Shown here piece by piece: positions 45,620 to 54,432 of a stretch of 64,000 nucleotides of DNA. The translations under genes were made by a program, and so were the position numbers. The DNA lies in the NCBI GenBank assembly GCA_016935175.1, contig JAFGRK010000032.1:1719-65718 (forward strand), in the 5' to 3' direction. Source of the DNA: Candidatus Woesearchaeota archaeon (GTDB lineage Archaea > Nanobdellota > Nanobdellia > Woesearchaeales > SM23-78). Position 1 is the stretch's first letter. Each line of letters opens with the position of its first letter. A model generated the notes under the pieces. The model was not told the origin of the DNA and ran no database searches. It saw only the letters and a list, made by a program, of their open reading frames with translations.

Positions 45620-47191
45620 GTGATTAAAATGAATGTAAACAATCAAAAAAACAAGACAACCAAGGAAAAGCATATCGGCATCACAGGTAATGATCTTTCC
45701 TTAGACGACTTCATTCTTGTCGCAAGGCATAAGTACAAGGTTTTCTTAACAAAAGAGGCTAAAAAAAGAATTCTGAAATGCAGAAAAGTCGTTGATAATC
45801 TTGTGGAGGATGAAAAAGTTGTCTATGGTTTAACAACCGGCTTTGGCTCATTAGCCAATATATCGATATCAGCAGATAAAGCCGAAGAGCTCCAGGAAAA
45901 TCTTTTAAGAAGCCATGCTTGCGGTGTTGGAAGACCTTTTAGCGAGGAAATAGTCCGTGGTATCATGCTCTTGAGAGTGAATACTTTTGCCAAAGGGTTC
46001 TCAGGAATAAGATTATCCGCTGTAGAAACTATCATTGAAATGCTTAACAAAGGAATATATCCCTTTGTACCTGAACAAGGCTCTGTTGGTTCAAGCGGAG
46101 ACTTATGCCCGCTATCACACCTTTTCCTTGTAATGATAGGAGAAGGAGAGGTATTTTTAGAAAGAAAAAGAGTCTGTGGGGCAGAAGCCATGAAAAAATT
46201 AGGAATAAAACCTATAAAATTGACTTCAAAAGAAGGCCTAGCTCTTAACAATGGAACGCCAGTAATGACTGCTATCGCAGCAATAGCTGTGTATGACAGC
46301 TTTAATCTTATCCAACACTCAATAATTTCCTCAGCAATCACAATGGAAGCCCTAAAAGCAAATAGCAGCGCTTTAAAGGAAGAAATACATTTAGCAAGAC
46401 CTCATCAAGGCCAAATTAGAACAGCGCAAATATTGAGGAAAATATTGAGAAACAGCCAACTAATAGACTCTAACAAGAAAAAGGTACAGGATGCCTATAG
46501 CATAAGGGCAACGCCAGTAGTTATTGGAGCCAGCCTTGACACATTAAATTATGTGAAGCAAGTAGTGGATACAGAGATGAACTCCGCAACTGACAATCCA
46601 TTGATTTTTGGAGAAAATGCCTATTCAGGAGCAAACTTCCATGGCCAACCCATTGCTCTAGTAATGGATTTCCTAGGCATAGCTATGAGCGAGATAGCTG
46701 ATTTGTCAGAAAGAAGAATATCAAGATTGCTAGATTCATCCCTTAATGAAGGCCTGCCTCCATTTTTGATAAACAAACCAGGATTAAACAGCGGGCTGAT
46801 GATACCTCAATACACAGCAGCATCATTAGTCTCTGAGAACAAGGTGCTGGCTCATCCTGCATCTGTAGACTCAATACCTACTTGCGCAAATCAAGAGGAC
46901 CATGTAAGCATGGGAACCATAGCTGCCAGGAAGGTACTCAAGATAATATTCAATGTTCAAAACGTTATCGCAATTGAGATGCTTACAGCAGCCCAGGCCT
47001 TAGAGATGCGGATTGAATACGAGAAGCTTCTGCCAGGTCCTGTGGTTACAGAGGTTTTAAAAACAATAAGAACATTCGTAGATTACTTAGAGCAAGATCG
47101 AGTGCTTTACAAAGACATTAATAAGCTGAGCAAGGCAATATTAGAAAGAAAATTAATAAAGGAATTAAGTTATAATAGTGAAATAGCTTAA
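45620..47191 (+). CDS. Aromatic amino acid ammonia-lyase family (histidine ammonia-lyase-like) with a Ser-Ser-Gly in place of the usual Ala-Ser-Gly MIO triad.
   Basis: GSVGSSGDLCPLSHL, LNNGTPVM, YSIRATPVV, NPLIF, GANFHGQP. 523 aa. Confidence 0.85.
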   Translation: MIKMNVNNQKNKTTKEKHIGITGNDLSLDDFILVARHKYKVFLTKEAKKRILKCRKVVDNLVEDEKVVYGLTTGFGSLANISISADKAEELQENLLRSHACGVGRPFSEEIVRGIMLLRVNTFAKGFSGIRLSAVETIIEMLNKGIYPFVPEQGSVGSSGDLCPLSHLFLVMIGEGEVFLERKRVCGAEAMKKLGIKPIKLTSKEGLALNNGTPVMTAIAAIAVYDSFNLIQHSIISSAITMEALKANSSALKEEIHLARPHQGQIRTAQILRKILRNSQLIDSNKKKVQDAYSIRATPVVIGASLDTLNYVKQVVDTEMNSATDNPLIFGENAYSGANFHGQPIALVMDFLGIAMSEIADLSERRISRLLDSSLNEGLPPFLINKPGLNSGLMIPQYTAASLVSENKVLAHPASVDSIPTCANQEDHVSMGTIAARKVLKIIFNVQNVIAIEMLTAAQALEMRIEYEKLLPGPVVTEVLKTIRTFVDYLEQDRVLYKDINKLSKAILERKLIKELSYNSEIA

Positions 47192-47230
47192 GGTTAGAGA
47201 AAAACTAAATGAAAGAAAAAGAGAATCCCA

Positions 47231-48148
47231 ATGACAGGACGAAAAAAGAAATTTGAGGATGTCATCATCGACACTGACCCTGGCCATGATGATGCAATGG
47301 CCTTGATGCTAGCGCTCAAATCCCAGATTTTCAAGGTGCATGCAATAACTACAGTTGCTGGTAACTCAGGAATTGAGAATACCACTCGCAACGTCCGGTT
47401 CATCTTAAAGCTCCTGGAAAGAGAAGACATCCCTGTCTATTCCGGGGCAAAAAAGCCTTTGAAGCGAGAGCTTGTGACTGCAGTTGTGCATGGGAAGAGC
47501 GGGCTTGAAGGAATAGACCCAAAAAACCCTGCAAAGCTTACTAATAATGCTGTCAGCAAGATAATCAGCATTGTGAAGGAGAATCCTGGCAAAATAACCC
47601 TTATCACCTTGGGCCCGCTCACTAACATAGCCAAGGCCATAAAGCAGAACCCTAGAGTGATGAGAAAGCTAAAAGCAATAGTCATGATGGGAGGAGCCAT
47701 TAGAGTGGCTGGAAACATGAGCAGAGTAGCAGAGTTCAACATCTTTGTTGACCCAGAAGCAGCAGACATAGTAATGGGGTTTCCTGTGAAAAAAGCAATT
47801 ATACCATTGGATGCCTGCAATCATGTAGTGATGCAACCTTCAGATTTTGCCAAGATAACCAACCAGTCATTAGCAATTCCAATAAAGAAGATGATAAAAC
47901 CCTACATAGCAAACACTCTCAAAGTAGAAGGGATTAACGGCGCATTGATGTACGACCCATTAACTGTTTATTATCTAATCAATCCAAAGGCTTCCAAAAC
48001 TAAAGAGATGAATGTGGTGGTGAAGACAAAAGGAGAGCTGGCAGGCATGACTGCAGCCAGTAAGAAAGAGCCAGCTAATGTTACTGTTGTTGAAAGAACC
48101 TCAGCCAAGCAATTCAAAGAAGATTTTATTAATATATTGTCATTATGA
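47231..48148 (+). CDS. Inosine-uridine-preferring nucleoside hydrolase family.
   Basis: IIDTDPGHDDAMAL (the DxDxxxDD calcium/ribose-binding motif). Confidence 0.85.
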   Translation: MTGRKKKFEDVIIDTDPGHDDAMALMLALKSQIFKVHAITTVAGNSGIENTTRNVRFILKLLEREDIPVYSGAKKPLKRELVTAVVHGKSGLEGIDPKNPAKLTNNAVSKIISIVKENPGKITLITLGPLTNIAKAIKQNPRVMRKLKAIVMMGGAIRVAGNMSRVAEFNIFVDPEAADIVMGFPVKKAIIPLDACNHVVMQPSDFAKITNQSLAIPIKKMIKPYIANTLKVEGINGALMYDPLTVYYLINPKASKTKEMNVVVKTKGELAGMTAASKKEPANVTVVERTSAKQFKEDFINILSL

Positions 48149-48672
48149 GTGAACCTTCAATGATCGAGCTCGAAAAGACTTTTCTCGCAAGAGAACTGCC
48201 AAAAGGACTGAAGAAATGCAAATCAAAGGAAGTAATAGATATATACTTCCCTAAAGAAGCCAAGCATCCTACTATCCGCATAAGGAAGAACGGGGACAAG
48301 TACGAGATTACTAAAAAGGAAAGGCTTGACCCTAATGATGCTTCTGTGCAAAAAGAGCATACAATCCCTCTTTCCAAGGAGGAATTCTTAGCATTGAGCA
48401 AGCTGGATGGCAAAAGGCTCAGCAAAGTAAGGTATTATTATGATTATAATGGAAGAACAGCTGAGATTGATGTCTTCAAAGAAGGCCTAAAAGGGCTAGT
48501 GGTCATTGATTTTGAGTTTGAAACAGATGAAGACAAGGATAATTTCAAGATGCCTGGTTTCTGCCTTGCAGACGTCACACAGGAAGAGTTCATAGCTGGA
48601 GGGATGCTCTGCGGGAAAAAATACAAGGATATTGAGGCTAAGTTGAAAAAGTATGGCTATAAAAAGCTTTAA
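48145..48672 (+). CDS. CYTH-domain protein (class IV adenylyl cyclase / triphosphate tunnel metalloenzyme family).
   Basis: N-terminal ExExK motif (IELEKTF). 175 aa with alternating charged beta-strand pattern. Confidence 0.75.
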   Translation: MSEPSMIELEKTFLARELPKGLKKCKSKEVIDIYFPKEAKHPTIRIRKNGDKYEITKKERLDPNDASVQKEHTIPLSKEEFLALSKLDGKRLSKVRYYYDYNGRTAEIDVFKEGLKGLVVIDFEFETDEDKDNFKMPGFCLADVTQEEFIAGGMLCGKKYKDIEAKLKKYGYKKL

Positions 48673-48729
48673 AATCCTCTCTGAAAAAAGAAACATTTAA
48701 ATTAACCTATTCTGTTATTAAGCTTAGGG

Positions 48730-50442
48730 GTGTATAATTTGGATTACAAGGTAGAAATTGCCAAGCTTTTAGCCAAGGAGGCCAAGCTTAAGGAGTCAGA
48801 TATAGAGCCTCTTATAGAAATCCCCCCATCCCCTGAACTTGGCGACTTTGCTTTTCCTTGCTTTGTCTTGGCCAAGCAGCTCAAGAAAGCCCCTAATATA
48901 ATTGCCCAGGAACTGGCTGCCAAAATCAAGCCCAAGGCCCCTATTTCATCTGTCAAAGCTGTTGGGCCTTATCTTAACTTCTTTGTTGACAAGATCAAAT
49001 TATCCTCAGACGTAGTCAAGGACATCCTTAACTGCGGCGCTTGCTATGGCAGCTGGCCTTTGAACCATAAGAAAGTCATGGTTGAGTATCCTGCTCCAAA
49101 CACTAACAAGCCTTTGCATCTTGGCCATGTCAGGAACATGCTATTAGGCAATTCTATCTGCAACATCTTAGCATTTGCTGGCTACCAAGCTATTCCTGTT
49201 GACCTGGTCAATGACAGGGGCGTTCATATCTGCAAGTCTATGCTTGCTTACCAGAAATGGGGCAAGAACAAGAAACCTGACAAGAAATCAGACCACTTTG
49301 TAGGAGACTTTTACGTCATGTACAGCCAGAAGGAAAAAGAAAACCCTGAGCTGGAAAAAGAAACCCAGGAGATGCTCAGGAAATGGGAGGCTGGTGACAA
49401 GGAAGTAGTTGCCCTGTGGAAAAAAATGAGGGATTGGTCTCTTGACGGCTTCAAGGAGACTTATGCAAAATTCGATGTTTACCATAAAAAAGTGTATTAT
49501 GAGTCTGAGATTTATCAGCATGGCAAGGAAATAATCCTTGATGGCTTGAAAAAAGGCATTTTCCAAAAAGATGAGAAAGGAGCTGTCATATCAGACTTAG
49601 AAAAGGATGGGCTTGGAAAAAAAGTCCTCTTAAGAGAGGATGGCACTGGCATCTACATCACTCAGGACTTATACCTTGCCAAGGTCAAGTTTGATGAGTT
49701 CAAGATGGACCGCTCAGTCTATATTGTGGCAAATGAGCAGAAATACCATTTCCAAGTTCTCTTCAAGCTCTTAGACATGTTAGGCTTTCCTTTTGCCAAG
49801 AACTGCTACCACTTAGCCTATGGCATGGTCTACCTTCCCGAGGGAAGGATGAAGAGCAGGGAAGGAACAGTGGTTGATGCTGATGATCTGCTTGTTGAGA
49901 TGGAAAAAGAAGCAGAGCAAGAGATTAAGAAGAGGCATAAGGAGCTAAAAAAGCAGGAAGTTGATAAGAGAAAAGAAATCATTAGCAAGGGAGCCTTGAA
50001 GTTCTTCATCCTCAAGTATGACCCTATGAAAGACTTCACCTATGACCCTAAGGAAAGCATCAGCTTTGAAGGAGAGACAGGTCCTTATGTGCAGTATGCC
50101 CATGCAAGGATATGCTCAATATTCAAGAATTTGAAAATAAAGAAGTTTGAGCCAGAAAAGATAAAACCTGCATTTGACCACAAATTAGAATTAAGGCTGA
50201 TTACATTGCTTGCTGATTTCCCAAGGATTGTGAGCGAGTCTGCTGAGCAGTACAAGCCAAGCCTTGTTGCAAGGTATGCACTTGAGCTGGCCCAGGCTTT
50301 TAATGAGTTCTACCATGAATGCCCAGTATTAAAGGCAGATAAGAAAGTCATGGAGTCAAGGCTTGTGCTGATTTTCTGCGTCAAGCAGGTGTTAAAGAAC
50401 GCACTTGATCTTCTAGGCATACAGGCTCCTGAAGAGATGTAA
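48730..50442 (+). CDS. argS: Arginine--tRNA ligase.
   Basis: HIGH motif NKPLHLGHVRN and a C-terminal DALR-like anticodon-binding region. The track start at 48730 is a GTG. Confidence 0.9.
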   Translation: MYNLDYKVEIAKLLAKEAKLKESDIEPLIEIPPSPELGDFAFPCFVLAKQLKKAPNIIAQELAAKIKPKAPISSVKAVGPYLNFFVDKIKLSSDVVKDILNCGACYGSWPLNHKKVMVEYPAPNTNKPLHLGHVRNMLLGNSICNILAFAGYQAIPVDLVNDRGVHICKSMLAYQKWGKNKKPDKKSDHFVGDFYVMYSQKEKENPELEKETQEMLRKWEAGDKEVVALWKKMRDWSLDGFKETYAKFDVYHKKVYYESEIYQHGKEIILDGLKKGIFQKDEKGAVISDLEKDGLGKKVLLREDGTGIYITQDLYLAKVKFDEFKMDRSVYIVANEQKYHFQVLFKLLDMLGFPFAKNCYHLAYGMVYLPEGRMKSREGTVVDADDLLVEMEKEAEQEIKKRHKELKKQEVDKRKEIISKGALKFFILKYDPMKDFTYDPKESISFEGETGPYVQYAHARICSIFKNLKIKKFEPEKIKPAFDHKLELRLITLLADFPRIVSESAEQYKPSLVARYALELAQAFNEFYHECPVLKADKKVMESRLVLIFCVKQVLKNALDLLGIQAPEEM

Positions 50443-50515
50443 GTAATTTTTCTAAATAACTCAGTGCGACCTTTTCTTTAGCAAAGAAAAGCTCGCCAAA
50501 AGAAATATTGGAGTG

Positions 50516-52276
50516 TTAATGGCCTTGGATAGGGTTTTGTTGCATTGCAAGCTTTTTCAATGATTTCTCATAGTCGCCTTTCTTATAGATCCGCTGCCAT
50601 TTTCTCACAATATCTGCTGCATAGGTCCTGATGACAAGGTTTTTCATCCTTTTCTTGGTCTCGTCCCAAGCATCCACTAGCGACTTATAGAAAACATTCT
50701 TTTCAGGGATATATTTTTCCTTGGCTTTCACTATCTTTTGCCATTGCTCTTTTTTCTTTTCATTAGCATTGTGGACAAAGCTTTTCGCATAATAGATGCT
50801 GAAGTTGATTGGGAATCCTATTGAGAAGTCATAAGCCCAGTTCATCCAGTTGCCATAGTTAAGGTTTCTCTTGAGGAAGCTTCCTAGGTATCTTTGCTTC
50901 ATCAAGGCTAGCGGCAAATTCTGAAGCTCAAAAGCATCCACTCCTGGCTCTGGCTTGTAGCAAAGGAATAATCCATCGTACTTGTCCCAGCCTATGACTG
51001 ATTGCGGCGGAATCCTATCTTCTGCTTCTAGCTTTGTCCTTAATTCTGAGCCTGGCAAGGGCACTGCATTGAATATCTGCACAGTATCAATCCTTGCCTG
51101 CTTGAAGAACTTGGCATAAGCATTTGCTTTTTGCTTTAAGCTAAGGCCTGACTTGTATTCTGAGTCATTGAACGTCGGATAGCCAAAGATGAACATGCCG
51201 TGTAAGTGAAAGCTTCTTGACAGCTTCCTTGACCTTTGAACAAGCTTCTCAACTGTAACTCCTTTTCTCATGGCTTTTAATTCCTCGTTTATAGGGCTTT
51301 CATAGCCAATAGCCATGCCTGAAACTCCCCCGTATTTCATAGCCTCAATCAATTCATCATTCTCTGCTATCTCAGTCCTGACCTGAACCATCAAGTCAAT
51401 TTTCTTCTTGGAATTAGTTCTGTAGTCTCCTAGCATCTTGCACAGCTCTATGGCCTCAGGGATGTTCTGGGCAAAGTTATCATCAACAATAAAGAATGAC
51501 TTGTAGCCTTGCTCAATAAAGCCTTTTATCTGGCTAAAGGCTTTTTCAACAGAGGCTGCCTTGAATGCTCCGTATTGCTTGTTCACCACGCAGAACTCGC
51601 ACTTGAAATTACAGCCCCTTCCCCTGCTTATGGGTATTGAGCTCCAGTCTTTCCCCATAAATCTTACCAATCCTAAGTCAGGGTCTGCTAGCTCATCAAG
51701 GTTCTTTATGGGCTCTCGCTTGCCTGTAAACACATACTGGTCTTTTGCATCAAGAAAGCTTATTCCTACTATGTGCTCAAGCTTTTTCTTGTAATCCTTA
51801 ACAACTTTGCCGTCAGATATTATTGCTTGGAAAAGCTCTTTTGCAATCTCTTCTCCCTCACCATGCACTACTACATCAATGCCAGAGGCTAGTGCTTCTC
51901 TTGGCAACGCATCTACATGGCTTCCGCCGGCAATAGTTGGTATTCCTAGTGCCTGGTATTGCTTGGCAGTAGAGTACATCCTTGGAACTGCATTGCTCAT
52001 GCCACCATAGAACATGGCTAGCTTCACAGGATGATTCTTCTGCAGAACCTTGTGGTCTGGCAAGCCTTTTGAATCCACTGGGCCGCCATAGTTGTTCTCA
52101 TCAATAGCATAAGCCTCAACACCCAAATCACGCTTCAATTGGGCAAGCACAGACAGTATGCCTACTGGGGGCATCCTGACCTTGGCATAGATGTTCTGCT
52201 TAGAATGGGGTGGAAACTGCGGAATTATCCCGATTACCACCGGATTATCTCCTGAAGAAAGATCGCCACCTCTCAC
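50516..52276 (-). CDS. B12-binding-domain radical SAM protein (class B radical SAM).
   Basis: N-terminal B12-binding-like Rossmann region, then SRGRGCNFKCEFC (CxxxCxxC), then a ~200-aa C-terminal extension. Confidence 0.8.
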   Translation of the reverse strand: MRGGDLSSGDNPVVIGIIPQFPPHSKQNIYAKVRMPPVGILSVLAQLKRDLGVEAYAIDENNYGGPVDSKGLPDHKVLQKNHPVKLAMFYGGMSNAVPRMYSTAKQYQALGIPTIAGGSHVDALPREALASGIDVVVHGEGEEIAKELFQAIISDGKVVKDYKKKLEHIVGISFLDAKDQYVFTGKREPIKNLDELADPDLGLVRFMGKDWSSIPISRGRGCNFKCEFCVVNKQYGAFKAASVEKAFSQIKGFIEQGYKSFFIVDDNFAQNIPEAIELCKMLGDYRTNSKKKIDLMVQVRTEIAENDELIEAMKYGGVSGMAIGYESPINEELKAMRKGVTVEKLVQRSRKLSRSFHLHGMFIFGYPTFNDSEYKSGLSLKQKANAYAKFFKQARIDTVQIFNAVPLPGSELRTKLEAEDRIPPQSVIGWDKYDGLFLCYKPEPGVDAFELQNLPLALMKQRYLGSFLKRNLNYGNWMNWAYDFSIGFPINFSIYYAKSFVHNANEKKKEQWQKIVKAKEKYIPEKNVFYKSLVDAWDETKKRMKNLVIRTYAADIVRKWQRIYKKGDYEKSLKKLAMQQNPIQGH

Positions 52277-52382
52277 TTTAGCTTATGGAAATAAGGGATT
52301 ATTTATAAAGCTCTTTATTATAATCAGAAAAGAAAGCCAGTAAACAAATCTTTATTAAGCAGCTGAATATTCTTAAAAAAAT

Positions 52383-53045
52383 ATGGATGTCTTAAAACAC
52401 AAGCACAAGATTCCAGAAAAAGTCTATGCAGAGCTAGAGAAGCGAGGCTTTACCAAGCTTAGGCCAGCGCAGGCAAAAAGTATCGATGCAGGGCTTTTTG
52501 AGGACAAAAACTTGCTCGTTTGCACTCCAACAGCAAGTGGCAAGACCCTTGTTGCTGAGCTAGCTTTCCTCAATGCCATACTTCATGATAAGGGAAAAGC
52601 AGTCTATGTTGTCCCTTTGCGAGCCTTGGCCAGCGAGAAGTACAAGACTTTCAAGAAAGACTATCCGAGCATAAAGATTGCTATCAGTTCTGGTGACATT
52701 GACAGCGCAGACTCATTCCTAGAGCAGTATGACTTGATAATCACAACAAGCGAAAAGTTTGATAGCTTAATCAGGCACAAGGCTCATTGGCTCAAGCAAG
52801 TCAAGACAGTCATAATTGATGAAGTGCACTTGCTCAATGACCCTGGCAGAGGCCCTACTCTTGAAGTATTGATTACCATCCTTCGCTCAATCCTTAAGAA
52901 CCTTCAGCTCATTGCCCTTAGCGCGACCATCGGCAACCCAAAAGAGCTTGCAGAATGGCTCAAAGCAGAGCTAATTATCGACGAATGGAGGCCTGTAAGG
53001 CTCGATAAGGGCGTGTATCTCGACGGGAAAATTGACTTTGAATAG
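52383..53045 (+). pseudogene. Hel308/Ski2-like DNA helicase: only the N-terminal RecA1 domain is present (truncated gene or gene fragment).
   Basis: Walker A CTPTASGKT, DEVH box, LSAT motif. The ORF stops right after RecA1 (…ELIIDEWRPVRLDKGVYLDGKIDFE*). No RecA2, WH or ratchet domains follow in any frame. Confidence 0.5.
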
Positions 53046-53179
53046 CCTTGGCCAGCTCAAATTCTAAATAAATAGAGTTTTCTCGCCTATTATTTTTCGT
53101 TTTGACAAAAAAAAATCCCATAAGGTTTTATATTAATATTCTACTTCATAGTGGTTATAATTAGAAAAAGGTGAACTAT

Positions 53180-54418
53180 ATGCAAGAAGTACCAAAACCA
53201 GCAGAGCCAGAGAACTTTGCATTATACAGGCCAAAATTAATCCAGTACATCGCAAGAGCCCAGCCCGACGCATTTGACGAGATCCAAAGGATGCTTATGT
53301 CAATAGAGAACCAGCACCCAGTAGGGCTCGAAGGGGAGCCAGGGACAGGAAAAAACCAGCTCATAGACTTCTTAGCCTCAGCAAGAGGAAAAAGCGTTGG
53401 GAGGGTCAGGTGCACAGAGGAGCTGACACTTGAGAGCCTCCTTGGAAAGGAAAGGATACGCTCAGAAAGGGCAGAGCATGGCGTAATTATGAACTCAATA
53501 TATGAGGAAGGCATAATACCACTGACCTATGCAGCAGGGGCTGACCTAGTGCTTGACGAGTTCAACCAGCTGCTCCCGACAGTGCAGAAAGGAATGAACT
53601 CAATGTTCGAGGACAAAAAGACCATTTGTGTAGATGGCAAGCACAGGGAAAAGAAAGGCGACGGCGCTACCTACGTGACTTTCAACCCCAAGACAGGCGT
53701 CACAGGGCAAGACCTGGAGAAAGCAGTAAAGGACAGGCTTAAGATAATACCATTGCCTGAAATACCGCTTGAGCTACAGGCAAGGATTACCCTTATAAAA
53801 ACAGGCATCATCAAGCCAGAGGAAATAATTGATGAAGCAATGGAGCAAAGGGCCATCATAACCTACGAGGAGAACGGAAGGCAAAAATACCAGTTCCTAG
53901 AAAAGCAAGGGAAAGTATATGTTGAGTACAGGACAGGCAGGGAAGCCAAGAAAGGCGAGCTAAGGGAATACCTATTCTACACAGGGAAAGAATCAAGCCT
54001 AAGGCTTACTGGTGCAAAGAATGAAGCTTACAAGGTAGCCCAGAGCCTAGTGGCACTGGCAGATGACGTCAATAAGTTCAAGAATCACGGCACAAGCGTG
54101 TTCGATGATGACTTCAACCAAGCCCTTGGCCTAGACCAGGTAAGCAAGATAGGCATTGAGTCAGGAGGGCTAAGGATAATAGCCAAGGTCATGGAAGACT
54201 ATGCGTTGATGACAGAAAGAGGGCAGATGCTAGATGACATCCTGCCAACCCTTGCAAGGACTTACCTTGACAACATATGCACCTTGGAGATGAGGCATAT
54301 GCCCATAGGCAAGAAAGACAACAAGGACATATCTATCTACGAGGTTCTGGAGACCATGGCAGCCAAAAGAGGGTTCTTCCCAATAAAAAGGCACAAGTAC
54401 GCATCAATAGCAGACTAG
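53180..54418 (+). CDS. MoxR-like AAA+ ATPase (CbbQ/NorQ/GvpN-like) with a deviant Walker A (GEPGTGKN).
   Basis: Walker A VGLEGEPGTGKNQLIDF, Walker B ADLVLDEFNQL. The track start at 53171 is a GTG, and an ATG at 53180 is preceded by SD-like 'aaaaaggtga'. Confidence 0.7.
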   Translation: MQEVPKPAEPENFALYRPKLIQYIARAQPDAFDEIQRMLMSIENQHPVGLEGEPGTGKNQLIDFLASARGKSVGRVRCTEELTLESLLGKERIRSERAEHGVIMNSIYEEGIIPLTYAAGADLVLDEFNQLLPTVQKGMNSMFEDKKTICVDGKHREKKGDGATYVTFNPKTGVTGQDLEKAVKDRLKIIPLPEIPLELQARITLIKTGIIKPEEIIDEAMEQRAIITYEENGRQKYQFLEKQGKVYVEYRTGREAKKGELREYLFYTGKESSLRLTGAKNEAYKVAQSLVALADDVNKFKNHGTSVFDDDFNQALGLDQVSKIGIESGGLRIIAKVMEDYALMTERGQMLDDILPTLARTYLDNICTLEMRHMPIGKKDNKDISIYEVLETMAAKRGFFPIKRHKYASIAD

Positions 54419-54432
54419 ATGGCGGTGTAAAG

